From Armatimonadota bacterium (GTDB lineage Bacteria > Sysuimicrobiota > Sysuimicrobiia > Sysuimicrobiales > Humicultoraceae), in the NCBI GenBank assembly GCA_037443365.1, contig JBBIOM010000046.1, positions 1 to 12,774 on the forward strand: DNA of 12,774 bases. The letters are read 5' to 3'. Positions 8,348 to 12,774 of the stretch are shown piece by piece. The notes under the pieces were generated by a model. It ran no database searches. It saw only the letters and a list, made by a program, of their open reading frames with translations, and was not told the DNA's origin. Numbering within the stretch: position 1 is the stretch's first letter; each line of letters opens with the position of its first letter. Made by a program: the position numbers and the translations under genes.

Positions 8348-9543
8348 ACAACGAGCGCGCGCCGCGACGCATCGCCTTCATAGTCGGCCTGGCTCAGCTC
8401 GGGTTCGCAACGGTCATACCCCTGCTGCCGCTCTATCTGACCGGATACCTTGGAGCCAGCGTCAAGCTCGTGGGCTTGGTTGTGGCCACGTTCGCGCTTG
8501 TGGAGACCTTCTTCAAGACGGCATGGGGCGGCGTCACGGACCGCATCGGGCGCAAGCCGGTTCTGATCGTCGGGCTGCTGCTAAGTGCCCTGGCGCCGCT
8601 CGTCATGGCGGTGCTGCGGACGCCGGTCCTGTTCGTGCCGCTGCGCCTGGTGGACGGCCTCGGTTCGGCTGCGCTCTGGCCGGCGGCTGCGGCAGCGGTG
8701 GCCGATGTGACCACCCGAGACCGCCGCGCCACTGGCATGGGCATGCTCAACCTGGCCTTCCTGGCAGGCCTGGCCGCAGGGCCTTCGCTGGGTCTGTTCG
8801 TCGCCGGGTTCACCGGCGAGGTGCGGGCCGGCTTCTACCTGTCGAGCGGCATCATGGTCCTGGCCGTCTTCGTGGCGGCGCTCTACTTCCCCGGGCGCAA
8901 CGACGGCGGCGGGCAGGCCGACGCTTTCGTCGGATACCACACCACAGCGCCCCGGCCAAGCCTGGCGAGCCTGGCAGGCAGCATCGCCGCCTCGCCGGTC
9001 CTGTTCGCGCTCTACCTGGTGGCATTCGTGCAGATGTTCGGCGTGGGCCTGCTGGTGCCGATCGCTGCCATCTTCGCCAAGCAGGTCGTGGGCCTGAGCG
9101 AGCAGTCCATCGGCGCCCTGTTCATGGCCATCGTTCTGGCCGTGGCCGTCGCCACGGTTCCTGCCGGACGAATGGCCGACCGCATCGGCAAGCGCCGCCT
9201 CGTCGCTGTGGGCATGCTGCTGGGCGCGCTGGGCATGTGGATGATGTCCGCGAGCGGCCGCCTGACCGAGATGCTCATAGCCGGCGCGCTGCTGGGCGCA
9301 AGTTACGCGCTGTCGGCGCCGGCCTGGCTGGCCCTGGTGAGCGAGCTGGCGCCGCCCAGCCACCTGGGCCTGGCCGTGGGCGCATCCGAGACCGTCCAGG
9401 GCCTGGGGCTGGTCCTGGGCCCGCTGCTGGGCGGCATCCTGTGGGATGCATTAGGGCCGCGCGCGCCGTTCGTGGCCAGCGCGATCGTGATGACCATCGG
9501 GACCGCCATCGCCCTGGCCGCGTTGCGCATCCGGAGGCGCTAG
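8344..9543 (+). CDS. Major facilitator superfamily transporter (DHA1/TetA-like)
   Basis: GTGA overlap with the gatD stop, GGAGG at 8332-8336; 399 aa with about 12 hydrophobic segments. Motif A appears in both halves (GGVTDRIGRK, GRMADRIGKR), plus 'GPSLG' and 'GPLLGG'. Confidence 0.92.
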   Translation: MNNERAPRRIAFIVGLAQLGFATVIPLLPLYLTGYLGASVKLVGLVVATFALVETFFKTAWGGVTDRIGRKPVLIVGLLLSALAPLVMAVLRTPVLFVPLRLVDGLGSAALWPAAAAAVADVTTRDRRATGMGMLNLAFLAGLAAGPSLGLFVAGFTGEVRAGFYLSSGIMVLAVFVAALYFPGRNDGGGQADAFVGYHTTAPRPSLASLAGSIAASPVLFALYLVAFVQMFGVGLLVPIAAIFAKQVVGLSEQSIGALFMAIVLAVAVATVPAGRMADRIGKRRLVAVGMLLGALGMWMMSASGRLTEMLIAGALLGASYALSAPAWLALVSELAPPSHLGLAVGASETVQGLGLVLGPLLGGILWDALGPRAPFVASAIVMTIGTAIALAALRIRRR

Positions 9544-10421
9544 CGCGCCCGGCGCAGAAGCGCGCCTCCCTGCACAAGGATCACGCCCCCCAGCACGAGC
9601 GCGGCGCCTCCCCACTGCGCCGCGGACATGGGCTCGCGCAGCAGCAGCGTGCCGGCCAGCGCGGCTACGACCGGTTCCAGCGTGGCCACCACGCTGGCCC
9701 TTCCGGCCTCCACGTGACGCAGGCCTGCGATGTAGAGGAGATAGGCAGCGCAGGTGGGGGCGGCGACCATGTAGGAGATCGCCGGGAAGGTGGCGGCGCG
9801 CGCCCCGGGCAGTCCGCCCGCGGCCGCCACCAACAGGACCGCCCCGAACCCGCTGGTGTAGAGCACGGTAGTCATTGGCGAGTGCCGGCGCAGCGCCGCC
9901 TTGCCGAAGATGCTGTAGAGCGCGTAGGTCAGCCCCGCGCCCAGGCCGGCTGCCAGCCCCCCGGTGGAGAGGCGCAGCGCCCCGGGCCCGAACGCCCCGA
10001 CGACCAGCGCGCAGCCCGCGAACACGAGCATCACGGCCGCGGCCTTCGTCGGCGTGATCGCCTCGCCGTAGATTGCGCGCGACAGGATCACGACCCATGC
10101 CGGTGCGGTGTACAGGAGCACCGCCGCGGTGGCCACGGTCGCAAGGTCGATCGCCGTGAAATAGACGGTCATGAACCCGGCGACGCTGACCGCTCCGAAT
10201 GTGGCCAGCAGGGGAAGGTCCCCGCGCCGCACACCGAGCGACGACCGGTCCGCGAGCAGGCAGTAGAGTAGCAGGACCGCCGCTGCGCCGCTTGCCCGCC
10301 AGGCGGCGGTCTCCAGCGGGCTCATGCCGGACGCCAGCAGGCTCCGCACCGGCACGCCAAGCGTCCCCCACAGCACGGCTGCGGCCGCCACCTGGAGATA
10401 CCCGCGCAGGGCCGGGCTCAC
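9540..10421 (-). CDS. EamA/DMT family transporter
   Basis: GTG start; 293 aa with about 10 hydrophobic segments in two EamA repeats. 'AAVLWGT', 'LLYTAPAWV', 'YALYSIFGK', 'ASVVATLEPVVA', 'LLREP'. Confidence 0.92.
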   Translation of the reverse strand: MSPALRGYLQVAAAAVLWGTLGVPVRSLLASGMSPLETAAWRASGAAAVLLLYCLLADRSSLGVRRGDLPLLATFGAVSVAGFMTVYFTAIDLATVATAAVLLYTAPAWVVILSRAIYGEAITPTKAAAVMLVFAGCALVVGAFGPGALRLSTGGLAAGLGAGLTYALYSIFGKAALRRHSPMTTVLYTSGFGAVLLVAAAGGLPGARAATFPAISYMVAAPTCAAYLLYIAGLRHVEAGRASVVATLEPVVAALAGTLLLREPMSAAQWGGAALVLGGVILVQGGALLRRAR

Positions 10422-10433
10422 AACAGCCCCGGG

Positions 10434-12008
10434 TCAGGGTTCTGTTTCGGCGAACAGCTCGTTCTGGCGCAGGAAGCTGCTGAGCAGCAGCCGCAGGTAC
10501 GGGCTATCGAGTTGGCTCTTGTAGCCGCGCAGTGCCGCGTGCTTGACCGCGAGCTCCTCGGGCTGGAGGTCGAGCCGCAACCAGCGGTAGCCGCTCCTCA
10601 GGGACTTGGGGGGCAGCAGGGCCTCATCCGGCGCGTACCGCAGGGGTCGCGGGAAGTCCCAGGCATGCACCAGGAACGTGTAGAGGCGCGGCTGAGCCAG
10701 CGCTCCTTGCCGCGAAAGCAGCAGTATGGCCTCGCGCACGAAGCCGTTGAGGGCACGGTGGTCGCCGTGCTTGTCGGCCTCGTGGTGCGTTACGACCACC
10801 GTGGGCCGCACCTGCCGCATGATCTCCACGAGGTCGCCCTGCAGATCAGCGCCGGTGTACGGCGCGCGCGCACGGAACGTATCCCGGTACGGCGAGGCGG
10901 ACACCCTGGTGAAAGGCGAGGTGTAGGGCCGTCCCCTCTCCCGCCGCTGTGTGGCCAGGGCCGTCAACCCGCGGTCGGGATACCCAAGGAAGAAGAGGTT
11001 GCCGTGCGGCACGCCGAGCCGGGCAGCCACGCCGCTGGCCTCCTGCTGCCGCGCGCGGCCCTCGGCAATGAAGTCGGCCGGCCTCGCCAGCAGCCGCCTG
11101 CCGCCCAGCGACGCTGCCAGGCGGTTGGCGTCGCCGTTCGTGGCGAAGACCATCCAGACCTCGGCGTCCGCGGCCAGCGCGCGCTGGATCAACCCGCCTG
11201 CCGCGAGCAGCTCGTCGTCGGCGTGCGCGGTGACGACCAACACCCGGTCGGCGTGCTCGGGCTCGGGGAGCGCATCGAGCGCGCTGCCCACCGCGCGTTG
11301 CGCTGAGAAGAGGCCCATGCTAAGGTACACGGCCGCCAGGGCCAGGCTGGTCAGAGCCAGCAGGGGCGCCTTCTGCGGCGATGGGCTGCTGCGCCGCCGG
11401 CGGCCGAGCCCCAGCACCTCGACCGTCATGCGCGCCTTCCCGCACCATCCCCGAACCAAGCCGTACTTCTCTTCCTTTCGAAGATGCGTCACACCCGTGA
11501 ACGGTAGCCGCTCGACCTTCCAGCGCTCGCGCCGCGCCAGTTCGGTCAGCGCGCGCTCGAAGCCGAACCGGGTTACGGCCAGGTGCGGCCGGTCGAGCAG
11601 CAGGCTCTTCCGGATGGCTCGGATGCCGGAGAGGTGCGGCAGCACCGTCTGTACGAGATCCGCCTCCAGGACGCCCACCGCCATGTCCGCGCGGCCCTGC
11701 CGAACCGCCTGCACGAGATCGCGGATCTCCTGGGGCTTGAGGTTGGCCAGGTCGGCGTCGAGCAGGAGCAGGATATCTCCTCCTGCCCGCCGCGCGCCGG
11801 CCAGGATCGCTCCACCCTTGCCCAGGTTCCTGGGAAGCCGGATGACGACGTCGGCGCCCGCCGCCGCCGCCTCCTCCGCGGTGGCATCGGAGGAGCCGTC
11901 CGAGACCACGATGATCTCGCTCACATCGCGCGTGCGGCGCGCGGCCTCGACGACACACGCCACCGTGCGCTCCTCGTTGTAGGCGGCGATGACGCATGAA
12001 GTCGTCAT
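10434..12008 (-). CDS. Fusion protein: N-terminal GT2 glycosyltransferase, single transmembrane helix, C-terminal PIG-L/LmbE family deacetylase
   Basis: ATG at 12008 overlaps the methyltransferase stop (ATGA); 524 aa. Residues 1-200 are GT2 ('VIAAYNEE', 'VVSDGSSD', 'NLGKGGA', DxD in 'LLDADL', 'LSGIRA'). Residues about 216-236 are hydrophobic. From about residue 255 it is PIG-L ('VLVVTAHADDE', 'ATNGD', 'RQQE', 'FLGYPD', 'HGDH', 'KHAALRGYKSQ'). Confidence 0.88.
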   Translation of the reverse strand: MTTSCVIAAYNEERTVACVVEAARRTRDVSEIIVVSDGSSDATAEEAAAAGADVVIRLPRNLGKGGAILAGARRAGGDILLLLDADLANLKPQEIRDLVQAVRQGRADMAVGVLEADLVQTVLPHLSGIRAIRKSLLLDRPHLAVTRFGFERALTELARRERWKVERLPFTGVTHLRKEEKYGLVRGWCGKARMTVEVLGLGRRRRSSPSPQKAPLLALTSLALAAVYLSMGLFSAQRAVGSALDALPEPEHADRVLVVTAHADDELLAAGGLIQRALAADAEVWMVFATNGDANRLAASLGGRRLLARPADFIAEGRARQQEASGVAARLGVPHGNLFFLGYPDRGLTALATQRRERGRPYTSPFTRVSASPYRDTFRARAPYTGADLQGDLVEIMRQVRPTVVVTHHEADKHGDHRALNGFVREAILLLSRQGALAQPRLYTFLVHAWDFPRPLRYAPDEALLPPKSLRSGYRWLRLDLQPEELAVKHAALRGYKSQLDSPYLRLLLSSFLRQNELFAETEP

Positions 12009-12652
12009 GCATGAACCGTCCCGCCCGGGCGCAGCGCAAGGAAGTACCGCCCCGAGCCGACCTGGCGGGTATCCACATCCTGGCAGCCCAGCGCGTAGAA
12101 CTGCTGCCGGAGCGCGCGCACGATCCACGGCAGAACCGCTCCGCCGGCAGAGTAACTCAAGATTACCCATCCCCCAGGGCGCGTGACGCGAACCAGTTCG
12201 GCGGGCACCGGGAAGGCGTTCTGCACGGTCACCAGGTCGAAGCTGCCCTCGCGGAAGGGAAGGCGTCCGGCGTCGCCCGCGACGAGCCGGACCGGCCAGG
12301 CGCCCGCGCAGGCGTGCCGTGCGGCGCGGGCCAGCATCTCCTGCGACAGGTCAACGGCGGCTCCGCGGCACCCGGGGAACCTGCGCACGAGAACGCTCAC
12401 CACCGCGCCGGTGCCCGTGCTGACGTCCAGCACCTGGGCCGGGGCCGCCGGCAGACGATCCAGGGCGGCCTCCAGCGGCGCGAGATAGCCGTCCTGGGGG
12501 AGCACGTCGGCCTCGTAGTTGCGCGCCAGGGCTCCGTATCTGGTGCGGGCGACGGCGCGCTGCAGGGGCGAGCCCACGAGCCGCGACGACCACGCGCCCA
12601 CGGTCAGGTAGATGGTGTCGGTTACAAACGAGCTCAGCCGGGTTGCCCGCAT
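12005..12652 (-). CDS. Class I SAM-dependent methyltransferase (UbiE/Methyltransf_11-like)
   Basis: ATG at 12652 with GGAG 6 nt upstream; 215 aa. Motif I 'VLDVSTGTG', 'AVDLSQEML', 'GDAGRLPFREGSFDLV', 'ELVRVTRPGG'. Confidence 0.9.
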   Translation of the reverse strand: MRATRLSSFVTDTIYLTVGAWSSRLVGSPLQRAVARTRYGALARNYEADVLPQDGYLAPLEAALDRLPAAPAQVLDVSTGTGAVVSVLVRRFPGCRGAAVDLSQEMLARAARHACAGAWPVRLVAGDAGRLPFREGSFDLVTVQNAFPVPAELVRVTRPGGWVILSYSAGGAVLPWIVRALRQQFYALGCQDVDTRQVGSGRYFLALRPGGTVHA

Positions 12653-12712
12653 CAGGCGCTCCAGGAGATGGCGCTACAGGGTCTGCTGCTATGCTCCGGT
12701 GTGAAACGTTAC

Positions 12713-12739
12713 GTTCTCCGTCGGCCCGGGAGCTCCTGC
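12713..12739 (-). promoter_or_regulatory. Putative sigma-H-like promoter (GCAGGA-N17-GAAC) for the methyltransferase-GT2/PIG-L-EamA operon
   Basis: The minus strand reads GCAGGA (12739-12734), a 17-nt spacer and GAAC (12716-12713), about 60 nt upstream of the methyltransferase start. Same geometry as the motif at 5337-5363. Confidence 0.42.
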
Positions 12740-12774
12740 CGCGCAGCACCAGGCGGCGCCGCGTCCTGCACGCA

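Noticed and set aside
8250-10271. 673-aa plus-strand ORF spanning the MFS and EamA genes
   Set aside because: Arg/Gly/Pro/Ala-rich with no recognisable motif, and it overlaps two well-supported genes. Typical shadow ORF of high-GC DNA.
10434-12008. Mycothiol/bacillithiol-type biosynthesis (MshA/B, BshA/B)
   Set aside because: Those use GT4 enzymes and soluble deacetylases. Here the transferase is GT2, a membrane helix separates the domains, and no cysteine ligase is present.
12009-12170. 54-aa N-terminal extension of the GT2-PIG-L ORF
   Set aside because: It overlaps the methyltransferase. The ATGA coupling at 12008-12005 and the GT2 first strand starting immediately after support the shorter start.
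1-12774. CRISPR arrays, tRNA/rRNA, IS elements, phage or defence genes
   Set aside because: No spaced repeats, RNA-gene signatures, transposase/integrase motifs or obvious composition shift were seen. Nearly all sequence is explained by the listed CDSs.

Overview
GC-rich, gene-dense bacterial window with 11 CDSs in three blocks and no RNA genes, mobile elements or CRISPR arrays that I could see. (1) 1-5314 (+) is the 3' end of a sugar-utilisation operon: two carbohydrate ABC permeases, an L-fucose/L-arabinose isomerase-like protein and a YicI-like GH31 glycosidase. (2) 5414-9543 (+) is a cell-wall block: secreted LysM-NlpC/P60 peptidase, MurT and GatD (lipid II D-Glu amidation), and an MFS transporter. 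(3) 9540-12652 (-) is a convergent three-gene operon: class I SAM methyltransferase, a GT2 glycosyltransferase-transmembrane helix-PIG-L deacetylase fusion, and an EamA/DMT transporter. The best candidate for an undescribed system is block 3, which may be a transfer/translocate/de-N-acetylate envelope-modification pathway. Blocks 2 and 3 are each preceded by the same GCAGGA-N17-GAA motif, which resembles a sigma-H-type promoter. All family calls come from motif recognition by eye, not database searches.
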